Of a DNA stretch of 64,000 nt, positions 1 to 9,726 are shown in pieces. Made by a program: the position numbers and the translations under genes. The notes under the pieces were generated by a model. It did no database searches. It was not told the origin of the DNA and saw only the letters and a program-made list of their open reading frames with translations. Source of the DNA: an uncultured Bacteroidales bacterium (GTDB taxonomy: Bacteria > Bacteroidota > Bacteroidia > Bacteroidales > Paludibacteraceae); assembly GCA_900316845.1 (NCBI GenBank), contig ONEG01000006.1, positions 424-64,423 on the forward strand, read 5' to 3'. Position 1 is the stretch's first letter, and every line of letters starts with the position of its first letter.

Positions 1-97
1 CGTCTGCGGCGCGGAGTGGGATCAGCAGCACGCGTAATCGCCACCGCTCTCCCCACCGGGTGCACTACGTTAGCGCCCGTTGGGGACCCCAAAGGGA

Positions 98-130
98 GAA
101 TTAAGAATTAAAAATTAAGAATTAAGAATT
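98..130. repeat. degenerate 8-nt tandem repeat (AATTAAGA-like) directly upstream of the ATG at 131
   Basis: Reads gaattaagaattaaaaattaagaattaagaatt and ends one base before the start codon. Confidence 0.8.
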
Positions 131-334
131 ATGAGTAAGCAACAGATTTACAAAATCATCGTTACCGTAACTACCGCTATCGTGACGTGCGTGGCGATTG
201 CGCTGGGACTGAGTTCGTGCAACGTCACCCGAACGGTAACGACCCGAAGCGAAGCATGGCAGAAAGGTGACACCAGCGTCGTTATTCAAACAAAGACCAT
301 CGAAACCTACGATGCTTCGAAGAAGGGATTGTAG
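131..334 (+). CDS. small hypothetical membrane/lipoprotein-like protein (67 aa)
   Basis: ATG ORF with an N-terminal hydrophobic helix ending LGLSSC (lipobox-like). A strong hairpin terminator follows at 384..421. Confidence 0.5.
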   Translation: MSKQQIYKIIVTVTTAIVTCVAIALGLSSCNVTRTVTTRSEAWQKGDTSVVIQTKTIETYDASKKGL

Positions 335-383
335 GTGAGAAGACCCCTTCTCCTACGATGCTTCGAAGAAAGGATTGTAGATG

Positions 384-421
384 AAAAGAGGAGCGAAAAT
401 TCGCTCCTCTTTTATTTTTTT
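384..421 (+). terminator. rho-independent terminator
   Basis: Stem agaggagcga (387..396) pairs with tcgctcctct (401..410) across a 4-nt loop, followed by a T-run at 411..421. Confidence 0.8.
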
Positions 422-534
422 GCGTGCACAATTCACACAAATCACACTTTCACACAAAAATGTGTGTTCATTTTTTCAGGGGCAAAAGAAAAAAGGCAAG
501 AAATAGAGGATTTTTGTGGAAAAATAATCTTTCA

Positions 535-566
535 TTTGCATATTTCAAAAAAAAAGTGTACCTTTG
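535..566 (+). promoter_or_regulatory. Bacteroidota-type promoter (-33 TTTG, -7 TACCTTTG) for the permease gene
   Basis: TTTG lies at 535..538 and TACCTTTG at 559..566. The ATG at 605 gives a ~30-nt leader. Confidence 0.6.
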
Positions 567-604
567 CACTCGCTTTTAGCGAGTTTAAATTAATTAAAAG
601 TACT

Positions 605-1951
605 ATGGAACAATTTGTACATTCGGCATGGTCGCTGATTCCGTTCGGACTCATGCTTCTGATGATTGCTATCGGTCCGCTGGTAGCAGAACACTGGTGG
701 GAGAAGAACACCAACAAACTCATTGTTTCCCTCTTCCTCGGCGTACCGGTAGCGGTATGCCTGATTATGGGCGGAATGATGCACGAGTTGGAGCACCAGA
801 TCTTCTTCGACTACGTGCCGTTCATCATCCTTCTGCTGGCGTTGTTTGTCATCACCGGCGGTATTCATTTCTCGGGAGACCTGAAAGCCAAACCCTGGGT
901 CAACACCGGTTTCTTGGGCTTGGGCTGGATCTTAGCCTCTATCATGGGTACGACGGGCGCAGCCATGCTGCTTATCCGTCCGCTCATCGAGACCAACAAA
1001 CAGCGTGAACACAAGGTTCACACCATCCTTTTCTTCATCGCGCTGGTAGCTAACTGCGGCGGTCTGCTGACCCCGCTGGGAGACCCACCCTTGTTCATGC
1101 TCTTCCTCCGCGGCGCGCACTTCTCCTGGTTCATGCACCTTGCTCCGGAATGGGCGGTAACGGGTCTGCTGCTGCTCGGCATCTATTTCGCGATAGATAC
1201 CTATTATTACAAGAAAGAGCACTGGACAGCCCTCTCCGCGGACTCGCGTGAGGCGACGCCGATGGTGATGAAAGGTACTATCAATTTCGTATATCTGTTA
1301 GGCGTAGTGCTGGCAGTGGCTTTTGTGAACGAAGGAACCATCAAGCAGATGGGTGAAGCGGACGCTCCGCTGTGGCTCAAATACCTGCGTGAGATAGTGC
1401 TGCTCTCGCTCACAGGTCTCTCGCTCTACACGACCAAGAAAGAAGTCCGTTTCGGCGACAACAAGTTCAGCTGGACTCCGATAGTAGAGGTAGCCGTTCT
1501 GTTCCTCGGTATCTTCACGACGATGACCCCTGCCCTCGCCTATCTGAAGGCGCACGCAGCCGACCTCGGTTTCACCCACGCATGGCAGTTCTATTACTCG
1601 ACCGGTGCGCTCTCTGCGTTCCTCGATAACACCCCGACAGCCGTTGCCTTCCACGGCGTAGCTTCCGGCCTGCCGGAGTCGCTTGCTGCCGCTGAAGCCG
1701 GTGTCGTAACAGGTATGTTCAATGGCACACCTTTCGTAGCCGGTGTTCCGGAGATACTGCTCAAAGCTATCTCCATCGCGGCTGTGATGTTCGGCTCACT
1801 GACCTATATCGGCAACGGACCGAACTTCATGGTGAAAGCTATCGCAGAGGAAAGCGGAATCAAGATGCCGTCCTTCTTCGGCTACATGATTAAGTTCAGC
1901 TTGATCATCCTCCTGCCGGTTTACGTCATCGTACAACTCCTCTTCATCTGA
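605..1951 (+). CDS. NhaD/ArsB-superfamily ion transporter (sodium:proton antiporter-like permease)
   Basis: Polytopic membrane protein starting MEQFVHSAWSLIPFGLMLLMIAIGPLV. The longer ORF from 335 spans a terminator and a promoter, so the ATG at 605 is preferred. Confidence 0.7.
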   Translation: MEQFVHSAWSLIPFGLMLLMIAIGPLVAEHWWEKNTNKLIVSLFLGVPVAVCLIMGGMMHELEHQIFFDYVPFIILLLALFVITGGIHFSGDLKAKPWVNTGFLGLGWILASIMGTTGAAMLLIRPLIETNKQREHKVHTILFFIALVANCGGLLTPLGDPPLFMLFLRGAHFSWFMHLAPEWAVTGLLLLGIYFAIDTYYYKKEHWTALSADSREATPMVMKGTINFVYLLGVVLAVAFVNEGTIKQMGEADAPLWLKYLREIVLLSLTGLSLYTTKKEVRFGDNKFSWTPIVEVAVLFLGIFTTMTPALAYLKAHAADLGFTHAWQFYYSTGALSAFLDNTPTAVAFHGVASGLPESLAAAEAGVVTGMFNGTPFVAGVPEILLKAISIAAVMFGSLTYIGNGPNFMVKAIAEESGIKMPSFFGYMIKFSLIILLPVYVIVQLLFI

Positions 1952-2604
1952 TGAGTTTAGTAGATCAAGTTATCACGTGGTATTCGGCGCATATGAACTA
2001 TGCGTCGATTACTGCGTTGATGGCGGTAGAGAGTTCGTTCATCCCCTTCCCGAGCGAAGTGGTGATCCCTCCGGCGGCGTTTGTCGCGGGTCAGCCGGAC
2101 AGCGTCCTTTGCACCACCGGCAACTACCCCGTCGATGTGCTGCTGATCATTCTTTTCGGTACGTTAGGAGCCATGATCGGCGCGATCATCAACTATGGTC
2201 TCTCCGTATGGCTCGGACGGATAGTGATCTATAAGTTCGCAGACTCCCGGTTAGGCCATATGTGCCTGCTCTCGAGCGAGAAGATCCAGCGCGCAGAGGA
2301 GTATTTCCGCGAGAAAGGCAACGTCTCTACGTTCGTCGGTCGTTTCATCCCGGGTATCCGCCAGCTGATCTCCATCCCTGCGGGTCTGAGCCGCATGCAT
2401 TTCGGCGCGTTCCTATGGTGGACATTCCTCGGGGCGTTTATATGGAACTGCATCTTAGCCGTCCTCGGTTACGTGGCAGCCGGCCAGATGGACCTAATCA
2501 AAGAATATAGCCACGAGCTATCCGTGGCCATACTGGTTCTGCTCGGGGCAGTCATTCTATACTACCTCATCCGATGGATCATCAAAAAACGCGTGAAGGC
2601 TTAG
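1951..2604 (+). CDS. DedA family membrane protein
   Basis: Carries the VESSFIPFPSEVVIPPAA motif and FIPGIRQLISIPAG. Its start overlaps the upstream stop (TGATG). Confidence 0.85.
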   Translation: MSLVDQVITWYSAHMNYASITALMAVESSFIPFPSEVVIPPAAFVAGQPDSVLCTTGNYPVDVLLIILFGTLGAMIGAIINYGLSVWLGRIVIYKFADSRLGHMCLLSSEKIQRAEEYFREKGNVSTFVGRFIPGIRQLISIPAGLSRMHFGAFLWWTFLGAFIWNCILAVLGYVAAGQMDLIKEYSHELSVAILVLLGAVILYYLIRWIIKKRVKA

Positions 2605-2619
2605 CCCCACGCGTTTTTT
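2584..2619. terminator. bidirectional hairpin terminator between convergent genes
   Basis: aaaaaacgcgtg (2584..2595) pairs with cacgcgtttttt (2608..2619). The A-run and T-run flanks allow termination in both directions. Confidence 0.65.
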
Positions 2620-2620
2620 A

Positions 2621-3571
2621 TTATTGTTTCAGCCATTCGATGATGGCTTTCCTTTTGTCTATCAGCTCCGCTAATGTGCACCCGAAGATCCATCCCAGGA
2701 GGAAGAAGATGACGATCATCTTCAGACGGTTATTCACGGGAATGGGGGCAGTAGAGAAATGATTCTCGAAGGTCACCGGCGCGGTAGCCAGCAGCATCCT
2801 GTAGTCTTTTTGCTGCAGGTGGTCATGCTGCTCATAGATATCCTCCAAGAACAACTCTATATCTCTGTCACCGTAGAAATTCACGCCGTTGCTGCTATAA
2901 TTCATGGGTCTCGCAGCAGAAGGCGCATTGAAATAATACTCGGAAGTGAGGCTGTCGAGTTTCTGCGCCTGGTTATGGTTGAAAGCCACCTCCTCCGCGA
3001 GATTCTTTCTATAGACAGCGAAAGAATGCTGCATCGCTTCGTTGCTATTGAACCATTCCAACAATGCCTGCTCAATAGCCGGTACTTGATGCATGTTCTT
3101 CACCTTGACGCGGAACTGCAGGCACAAACGGTCTTTCATCTGCACCTTAACCGTATCCGTAGGTTGCGATTTATGCTTAAAATCAATATAATCCGGCGTA
3201 CCGTCATCCAGACAATCGACGACGCGGAATGTATTGAAATCGGTAGCTATATGGTCCTTAATAAAAGGCGTAATAGCCGCCTCGTCCGGCAACATTCTCG
3301 TGGACAACAATGGCGCATAAGCCTGCTCAAACTGCTGAATAGACGGGCCATTGAGCATTGCAACGGCATTCATCTTGTACGTCAGATTTTCATTCCGGCT
3401 GGTATATACCGCCGCTGCGATCGCCAGAATCAAGATAGTCACGACGATATACCAATATCGGTACGTCAGGCGAACCATTCGTTCAAAAACCCGCCAGCAC
3501 GCGGCACAAGCACGACCTATGGCACGACCGATAGCCACGCATAAGTCAAAGAAATTCATCTCTTTTTCCAT
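2621..3571 (-). CDS. hypothetical membrane-anchored protein downstream of ftsZ
   Basis: 316-aa ORF with N- and C-terminal hydrophobic helices. It is co-directional with ftsZ and separated from it by 16 nt. Confidence 0.6.
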   Translation of the reverse strand: MEKEMNFFDLCVAIGRAIGRACAACWRVFERMVRLTYRYWYIVVTILILAIAAAVYTSRNENLTYKMNAVAMLNGPSIQQFEQAYAPLLSTRMLPDEAAITPFIKDHIATDFNTFRVVDCLDDGTPDYIDFKHKSQPTDTVKVQMKDRLCLQFRVKVKNMHQVPAIEQALLEWFNSNEAMQHSFAVYRKNLAEEVAFNHNQAQKLDSLTSEYYFNAPSAARPMNYSSNGVNFYGDRDIELFLEDIYEQHDHLQQKDYRMLLATAPVTFENHFSTAPIPVNNRLKMIVIFFLLGWIFGCTLAELIDKRKAIIEWLKQ

Positions 3572-3587
3572 ATATAAAAGTGTTCAG

Positions 3588-4844
3588 TTATTTTCTCCGG
3601 ATCCACCCGAAAGGACGATGGGCTGGTTTCTCCTCCTTTTTCTGCTCGGGCTTCTCTTCGTCCTCTACGGTAATCACGATCTCCTCTGCAGAAGTAGAAG
3701 GAACGCGCTCGCGCGCGGGAGCAGCAGGCACCTCAACGCCTTCGGCACGGAGCGTGTCGCTCAGGTCAATCAGCGCCGCTTTCTCGTCCTCCAGGGGTTT
3801 GGGTTGCTGCGGAGGATAGTTCGCCTCGATAGCTTCGGAGATAGTCTTCTTGCCCTCTTCTTCCTCTTCGGAAGGCAGTCCATCGACCTTATATCCCGTA
3901 GCGATGACCGTCACGCGTACCTCTTCGCCCAAGGTCTCGTCTATCGACGCACCCCATTGCACCTCGATATCGTCGCCGACCTCCTGTACGAAATCGTTGA
4001 TCTGGTCGATCTCCTCCATGACGATCGCGTGCTCCGTCGAGCAGTAGAACTGCAGCAAGATACGCTCCGCGCCGTGGACGTCGTTCGTGTTCACCAGCGG
4101 CGAGTTCAACGCATCGTTGATAGCATTGGTGATACGTTTCTCTCCGGACGCATGACCGATATTCATGATCGCTACTCCACCCTTACGCAAGGTGTTGCGC
4201 ACGTCGGCAAAGTCCGTATTGATATATCCCGGCACGGTGATGATCTCCGCAATCGCGCGTGCTGCATTAGCCACCACGTCATCCGACTTGGAGAACGCAT
4301 TGAGCAGGTTCAGCTCCGGATAAATCTGTTTGAGCTTCTCATTATTAATAATAAGGAGTGCATCCACATGCTTCGCCAGCCGCGCCACGCCGGTCATCGC
4401 CTTCTCGATCTTCTTCTTGCCCTCAAAAGCAAAAGGAATGGTGACGATCCCGACGGTGAGTATCCCCATCTCCTGCGCCACCTCCGCTACGACAGCCGAG
4501 GCGCCGGTACCTGTGCCACCACCCATGCCGGCGGTGATAAAGAGCATCTGCGTACCGTCGTTCAGCGCCTCGCGGATATGATCCTTGCTTTCCTCGGCAT
4601 ACTGACGCGCGGTCTCAGGATCGCCTCCGGCACCCAAACCCGGTCCCAGCTGCAGTTTGCTCGGTACAGAGCTCTTGATCAGCACCTGACGATCGGTGTT
4701 ACAAACCAGAAAAGAGACATCTTTCAGCCCCTGGCGATGCATATAATTGACGGCATTGCATCCGCCGCCACCCACGCCGATGACCTTGATAATACTATCT
4801 TCCGTCAATCCTTCCAAAGGAAGCGTAATTAAATCCTCGTTCAT
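3588..4844 (-). CDS. ftsZ: cell division protein FtsZ
   Basis: Contains GVGGGGCNAVNYM and the tubulin signature AGMGGGTGTGASAV. Confidence 0.97.
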   Translation of the reverse strand: MNEDLITLPLEGLTEDSIIKVIGVGGGGCNAVNYMHRQGLKDVSFLVCNTDRQVLIKSSVPSKLQLGPGLGAGGDPETARQYAEESKDHIREALNDGTQMLFITAGMGGGTGTGASAVVAEVAQEMGILTVGIVTIPFAFEGKKKIEKAMTGVARLAKHVDALLIINNEKLKQIYPELNLLNAFSKSDDVVANAARAIAEIITVPGYINTDFADVRNTLRKGGVAIMNIGHASGEKRITNAINDALNSPLVNTNDVHGAERILLQFYCSTEHAIVMEEIDQINDFVQEVGDDIEVQWGASIDETLGEEVRVTVIATGYKVDGLPSEEEEEGKKTISEAIEANYPPQQPKPLEDEKAALIDLSDTLRAEGVEVPAAPARERVPSTSAEEIVITVEDEEKPEQKKEEKPAHRPFGWIRRK

Positions 4845-4851
4845 ATCTATG

Positions 4852-4885
4852 AAATTAAAAATTCAAAATTAAAAATTAAAAATTA
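4852..4885. repeat. A/T-rich ~8-nt tandem repeat in the ftsA-ftsZ spacer (ftsZ leader)
   Basis: Reads aaattaaaaattcaaaattaaaaattaaaaatta, 7 nt upstream of the ftsZ ATG on the minus strand. Confidence 0.8.
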
Positions 4886-4888
4886 TTC

Positions 4889-6172
4889 TCAGTCTTGGTC
4901 GATAAACATATCGAGCGTGCTCTCCTTCATGCGGTCGAAGAAACCGGGTTGGCGCACGGGCTGGTTCTTATGGTTATCCCGGTAATCCTGCCCGAGCAGA
5001 AGTGTGCCGACCAGCGATGTATAAGCCGGGGAGAGGTATTTCTCCTCCGTGTCGCGGTGCAGCAAGAGATTATGGGCGCCATAGGTGACAGGCACGGGAA
5101 TGAGCGTCTGTATATACTCCGCCATGCCGGTCATCATCGATCCGCCGCCGGTGATATAGATCGTTTTGATACGGTCCTGCACTTTCTTCAGTTCGTCCAT
5201 GAGCGGCGCGAGTATCTCTTGCAACTTCAGCTCAATCGCCTCCGCCAACTCTTCGGCAGAGATGACGATATCTCCACCTATCTCCGGCGCGGCGGGCACC
5301 CTCAGACGGACGGGTTTGGGCACAAAAGCCGGTGCCGCGCATCCGTACTGCTTCTTGAGCACCTCCGCCGTCGCAAAACTCAAGCCCTGCTGCTCCAACA
5401 TCCGGGTGATATGATATCCGCCTTTCGGCACCACTTTGTTGAGCAGATACTGTCCTGCTTTATAGACCGCGAGGCTGGTGGTCTGCGCCCCCATATCGAG
5501 TACCGCACAGCCGTCGTCCAAGACATGACTGCCGTCGCAGGTGGCAAAAGCCGACAGAAGGCACTCCGGACGCACAAAAGCATGCTCTATACTTCTTCCT
5601 GCCTGCGAGAAAGCTTTCTGCAGCTGGGTGTCAATCGCTTTGCGGCCATAGAAAGCGATATAATGCGCCTCGAGTAATGCGGCTCTCTGATCGGGCCGAG
5701 GCGGGTCGTCCTGCTCTTTGCCGTCGAGCGTGAAGAAACTCGGAACGAGTCCCAGTACCGTCACGTCGGGATTACGCATCTCGATCTTCTCTTTACATTC
5801 CTGCTCCATCTCATCCAGGAGCTGCTGGCTGATCTCTTTTCGCCGTGCCTGATCCCGTTTGGAATGTACCGCAACGATCTGCATCGATTGTCCGCCGACC
5901 GACAGAAAAGCCGTCGGCAGTTCGTCCACGCCGATACGGTTCGCCAGCAGTTTGAGCACCTCGGCGATCACATAACCGGCGTTGCTGGATTGCGAGACAA
6001 TACCCTGCTCCACGCACACGTTACCGAATTTCTGCGGCCGCTCCTCTACGCCTAAGATCTGGAACAAGTCCGGCGCAATACGCCGCGCAGCCATCGCACG
6101 GACGCTGTCGCTGCCCAGATCAATCGCTACAAGCGGAAGAGAATCAGCTGTTTTGGGTTGTTTTCTTGCCAT
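4889..6172 (-). CDS. ftsA: cell division protein FtsA
   Basis: Actin-like ATPase motifs VAIDLGSDSVR, LDMGAQTTSLAVY and ITGGGSMMTG. It sits between ftsQ and ftsZ. Confidence 0.9.
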   Translation of the reverse strand: MARKQPKTADSLPLVAIDLGSDSVRAMAARRIAPDLFQILGVEERPQKFGNVCVEQGIVSQSSNAGYVIAEVLKLLANRIGVDELPTAFLSVGGQSMQIVAVHSKRDQARRKEISQQLLDEMEQECKEKIEMRNPDVTVLGLVPSFFTLDGKEQDDPPRPDQRAALLEAHYIAFYGRKAIDTQLQKAFSQAGRSIEHAFVRPECLLSAFATCDGSHVLDDGCAVLDMGAQTTSLAVYKAGQYLLNKVVPKGGYHITRMLEQQGLSFATAEVLKKQYGCAAPAFVPKPVRLRVPAAPEIGGDIVISAEELAEAIELKLQEILAPLMDELKKVQDRIKTIYITGGGSMMTGMAEYIQTLIPVPVTYGAHNLLLHRDTEEKYLSPAYTSLVGTLLLGQDYRDNHKNQPVRQPGFFDRMKESTLDMFIDQD

Positions 6173-6199
6173 TGTTGTTTGGTAGTTAAGGATTAGTAA

Positions 6200-6943
6200 T
6201 CAATATCGACCTATCACTTGCCCGTGAAAACGGAGGTCGTATTCTATATAATGTTTGTCTTTGGTCGCCTCTGCGCTGTTCTCCAAGAAGGTACGCATCT
6301 TGGCGAGTTTCTGCGCATATCTGTTCATGTTTCCCAGCAGTACACGGGGTTGTCCGGGTTGACGCATATAGAGATAGATCCTCTGTGGCGTCTGGACGTG
6401 TACAAACCGTATTCGTGCCCGCCAATACGGCTCGTCTTGCAGCCACTGAGCAAAATCCGCCAACTGCCGGCTCGCTATCTGCGGTCCTACAGCGCCGGTA
6501 GCAATCAGTACGCTGTCTTTAATCACCGCCCGCGCCTGCATCACACGCCTGTCGGTATCAATAAAATACGTATCTCCGGGCACCTGCACGCGCAGCAGCG
6601 GCACGCGTTGGGTGACGCGGATACGCATCTCGCTTCTCGGCGTGACATAACACTCCGCCGTGCGGATCATGGGATGGTGACCGATCGTCTGCTCGATGCG
6701 GTGAATCTGCCGTATATCTATCGCACGGCCGACGGGATACAGATTCTCGCTGCGCAGCAGGTTATTCATCTCCCCCACGGTGATATACATCCGCTCCTGC
6801 TGATCCAGGATCTCGTATTCAAGCGAAGCGCAGGGCTCCTCAGAGGGACGCATCCGGTAACCGGCAACGACCGCACCCACCAGCATCGCGGCTACCACCG
6901 TGACGCCTATGATCTGCCATATGATTCGCGCAAGACTACTCAT
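6200..6943 (-). CDS. ftsQ: cell division protein FtsQ-like
   Basis: 247 aa with a single N-terminal TM helix. Its position between murC and ftsA matches the dcw cluster order. Confidence 0.75.
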   Translation of the reverse strand: MSSLARIIWQIIGVTVVAAMLVGAVVAGYRMRPSEEPCASLEYEILDQQERMYITVGEMNNLLRSENLYPVGRAIDIRQIHRIEQTIGHHPMIRTAECYVTPRSEMRIRVTQRVPLLRVQVPGDTYFIDTDRRVMQARAVIKDSVLIATGAVGPQIASRQLADFAQWLQDEPYWRARIRFVHVQTPQRIYLYMRQPGQPRVLLGNMNRYAQKLAKMRTFLENSAEATKDKHYIEYDLRFHGQVIGRY

Positions 6944-8333
6944 TCTCCCATTTCTCTTTTAACGCACGGGTAATGTCCGGCACCAAGCGGTCTATATCTC
7001 CGGCACCCACGGTCAGTACGACCACCGGTTCATGACTCTGCTGAACGCGCCTTATGAGTTCCGCCACCAACGCCGGTTTCTCCACCACTTCGCCGCCTAA
7101 CATCTCACTCGTCACGCCCGGTATCGGCTCTTCGCGTGCCGGATAGATCGGCAGCAGTACGCACTCGTCCAAGGTGCCCAACACCGCCCTGAAGCCATCC
7201 GCGAAATCACGCGTACGGGTATAGAGATGCGGCTGAAAAACACCAATCAGTTTGCGCTCCGGGAAGAGTTTACGGATCGAATCGATCGCCGTAGCTATCT
7301 CTTGCGGGTGATGCGCATAATCGTCTATATATGCCACTTTCGGGGTGTTCACATGGATATTAAACCGCCGCTGCACGCCCTTGAAGGAAGCCATCGCCTC
7401 GCGCATCGCCTCATCTTTTACGCCGCAAAGATGCGCTACCGCCATCGCCGCTACCGCGTTCTCTATATTCACCCAAACCGGCACGCCTAACTGCACATCC
7501 TTGATCTGACCATCCGGCATCACATAATCAAACACTATCTGCCCGTCCGCGATACGGATATTCCTGGCATAAAAATCCGGGCCATCTACCATTTGGCCAT
7601 TTACCATTTGGTCATTTAGGAGTCCGTACGTATAGCACTTTACTCCCTCTTTTAGTCTCGGCTCCAACTCGATCCCGTGCTTCATGACCAAAGCGCCGGT
7701 AATCAGACTCGTATAATGCGCAAACGCCTCCCGATACGCCTCTGGCGTGCCGTATATATCCAGATGGTCCGCATCCACCGCCGTCACCACGGAGATAAAC
7801 GGCGTCAGATGATGAAACGACCGGTCGTACTCATCCGCCTCCACGACGACATACTCGCTCTGTTTCGACAGCAGCAGATTCGTATGGTAATTCTCGCTAA
7901 TCCCGCCCAGAAACGCGTTGACGGGGTGCATCAGATGCGCAATCATCGTACTCGTCGTCGTCTTCCCATGCGTCCCGGCGACACAGAGCGCCTTCATCCG
8001 TTGCGTCACGATACCCAACACCTCTGCACGCTTGCGGATATCGAATCCTTCCCGACGCAAATACGTATAGATCTCGCAATCCTCCGGCACCGCCGGCGTG
8101 CGTACAATCAGCGTATATTTACGGTCCAATCCCAGACCATTGAGCTTACTTACAGCATCTATGTACGTGATCTCAATGCCCTCTTTCTCCAACTCACGGG
8201 TCAGAGGCGAAGGCGTACGATCATAGCCGAAAACGGGATATCCCCGGTGATGAAAATAACGAGCTAAGGCACTCATTCCGATGCCTCCGATGCCCAAGAA
8301 AAAGAAATTTTTAATATCTTTTGAATGAATCAT
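6936..8333 (-). CDS. murC: UDP-N-acetylmuramate--L-alanine ligase
   Basis: Contains FFLGIGGIGMSALARYF and the GTHGKTTTSTM P-loop. Confidence 0.95.
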   Translation of the reverse strand: MIHSKDIKNFFFLGIGGIGMSALARYFHHRGYPVFGYDRTPSPLTRELEKEGIEITYIDAVSKLNGLGLDRKYTLIVRTPAVPEDCEIYTYLRREGFDIRKRAEVLGIVTQRMKALCVAGTHGKTTTSTMIAHLMHPVNAFLGGISENYHTNLLLSKQSEYVVVEADEYDRSFHHLTPFISVVTAVDADHLDIYGTPEAYREAFAHYTSLITGALVMKHGIELEPRLKEGVKCYTYGLLNDQMVNGQMVDGPDFYARNIRIADGQIVFDYVMPDGQIKDVQLGVPVWVNIENAVAAMAVAHLCGVKDEAMREAMASFKGVQRRFNIHVNTPKVAYIDDYAHHPQEIATAIDSIRKLFPERKLIGVFQPHLYTRTRDFADGFRAVLGTLDECVLLPIYPAREEPIPGVTSEMLGGEVVEKPALVAELIRRVQQSHEPVVVLTVGAGDIDRLVPDITRALKEKWENE

Positions 8334-8374
8334 TTTCGCTTACTCACAAATTTCCGCGCAAAGGTACAAAAAAA

Positions 8375-8406
8375 TTTGCACATATCAAAATATTTTTGTA
8401 ATTTTG
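8375..8406 (+). promoter_or_regulatory. Bacteroidota-type promoter (TTTG-N20-TAATTTTG)
   Basis: TTTG lies at 8375..8378 and TAATTTTG at 8399..8406. The TTG start at 8404 falls inside the -7 box, so the ATG at 8416 is preferred. Confidence 0.65.
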
Positions 8407-8415
8407 CGGCGAAAA

Positions 8416-9726
8416 ATGAAAAAAGTTCTTTTAGTCATATCACTCTGCGCTTGTTTACAAGCGTTTTCGCTACCTCATTACGAGTTGGCGTATCGTTTTG
8501 GCGGGACGGCACTCTTTATGTTGCCGGACGAGAAAGTGTCTCCGTTTTTAGGTCCGACGCCGATTGTCCCGGGTGGTGCTTTTACCGTAGAGTTTCTGCC
8601 GACGGGACGACGGAGCAGCCTCCAACAGTGGAACAATGCCTCTATCGGTGTCGGTGCGCGGTATCTGAATTTGGGCAATAACGCCATTCTCGGTTCCGCC
8701 ATCTCGGCGTACGGGTATATCAACATGCCTTTTTACAACGGCACGCATTTTCGTATCGGTGCCCGCCCCACCGTCGGCATTGCTGCCGTCACGAAGACCT
8801 ACGCCAATACCTACAAAGGCGAGAATCTGTATAAAGACCACGATGGTGCCAACTGGTCGATCGGCTCGGTGCTGAACGCCTATCTGGCGTTGGAGCTATA
8901 CATGGATTTTCCGATCAAGGAAGGCTGGGAAATCACCCTCAATGGCGGATGGCATCATATCTCCAACGGCTCTATCATGCACCCGAATGCCGGCTATAAC
9001 ATGCTCGGCGGAGAACTCGGGCTGCGCTATCATCCGCATGAGAAAGACTACTCTTCTCCCGAACCCGACGTGCCGCGCAAACTGTACGACGGCGTGGACA
9101 AACCCTGGGCAGTAGAGATCAGCGCTACAGGCGGCGTGAAGCAGAACTACTACCGCGACAACTATCCCAAGATGCAGTTCTTCGGCGCTGCTACCGTCAA
9201 AGCCGCGGCATACTGGGTGCCCGTCTCCATCTTCCGCATCGGAGCCGGTGTCGATGCCTTTTACGACGGCTACTACCGATGCGTGAACGATGAGTTTGCA
9301 GAGGCCAACCCGGGTGCGCCGCAGACCTTTTTCGGCAAGACGTACCTCAAAACGAGCGACCTCAAGAACTGCTTCCGCGTGGGTGTCAGCCTTCAGCCGG
9401 AGTTCATCATCGGGCATCTAACCGCAGGTATTCATGTGGGATTCTACGTCTTTGACCCGATCAAAAACCTCGAGCCGTATATCGGCAAGAAGTCCTGGGA
9501 TAAAGGGCAAGGCGCAGCCGAAATGGACCAAGCCGGCACGCCGCTGAACCGCGGTGTTTTCTATAAATACGACTTCTCCGACGCCAGCAATTATCAGGAC
9601 GGCTGGTGCTACATGCAATTTGTGCTCAAGTACCACGTACTCGACCACCTCTTCGTTCAATTAGGACTGAAAACACACGGCGCACGAGCAGAATTTATCG
9701 ACGCCGGTTTGGGTGTAGCTTTCTAA
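8416..9726 (+). CDS. acyloxyacyl hydrolase / PagL-like outer-membrane beta-barrel protein
   Basis: Signal peptide MKKVLLVISLCACLQA and a GWHHISNGS (His-x-Ser-Asn-Gly) motif typical of lipid A deacylase-like barrels. Confidence 0.6.
   Translation: MKKVLLVISLCACLQAFSLPHYELAYRFGGTALFMLPDEKVSPFLGPTPIVPGGAFTVEFLPTGRRSSLQQWNNASIGVGARYLNLGNNAILGSAISAYGYINMPFYNGTHFRIGARPTVGIAAVTKTYANTYKGENLYKDHDGANWSIGSVLNAYLALELYMDFPIKEGWEITLNGGWHHISNGSIMHPNAGYNMLGGELGLRYHPHEKDYSSPEPDVPRKLYDGVDKPWAVEISATGGVKQNYYRDNYPKMQFFGAATVKAAAYWVPVSIFRIGAGVDAFYDGYYRCVNDEFAEANPGAPQTFFGKTYLKTSDLKNCFRVGVSLQPEFIIGHLTAGIHVGFYVFDPIKNLEPYIGKKSWDKGQGAAEMDQAGTPLNRGVFYKYDFSDASNYQDGWCYMQFVLKYHVLDHLFVQLGLKTHGARAEFIDAGLGVAF

Noticed and set aside
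1-97. A possible 3' end of a plus-strand CDS (frame ending TAA at 35..37) and an imperfect GC-rich hairpin (ccccaccggg / cccgttgggg, about 52..86)
   Set aside because: Only 12 codons are visible, so no product can be supported. The hairpin has a mismatch and no T-run, so I do not call it a terminator.
335-604. The N-terminal 90-codon extension of the permease ORF (GTG start at 335)
   Set aside because: The extension runs across a strong rho-independent terminator (384..421) and a TTTG/TACCTTTG promoter (535..566). The ATG at 605 begins the hydrophobic transporter sequence. The same logic trims the ORFs starting at 8404, 11956, 45294, 48573, 49095, 57166 and 59516.
3351-4832. A 493-aa plus-strand ORF
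   Set aside because: It lies entirely antisense to ftsZ, whose product has unmistakable tubulin-signature motifs. Its Arg/Leu/His-rich translation is low complexity and typical of a shadow ORF in G+C-rich coding DNA.
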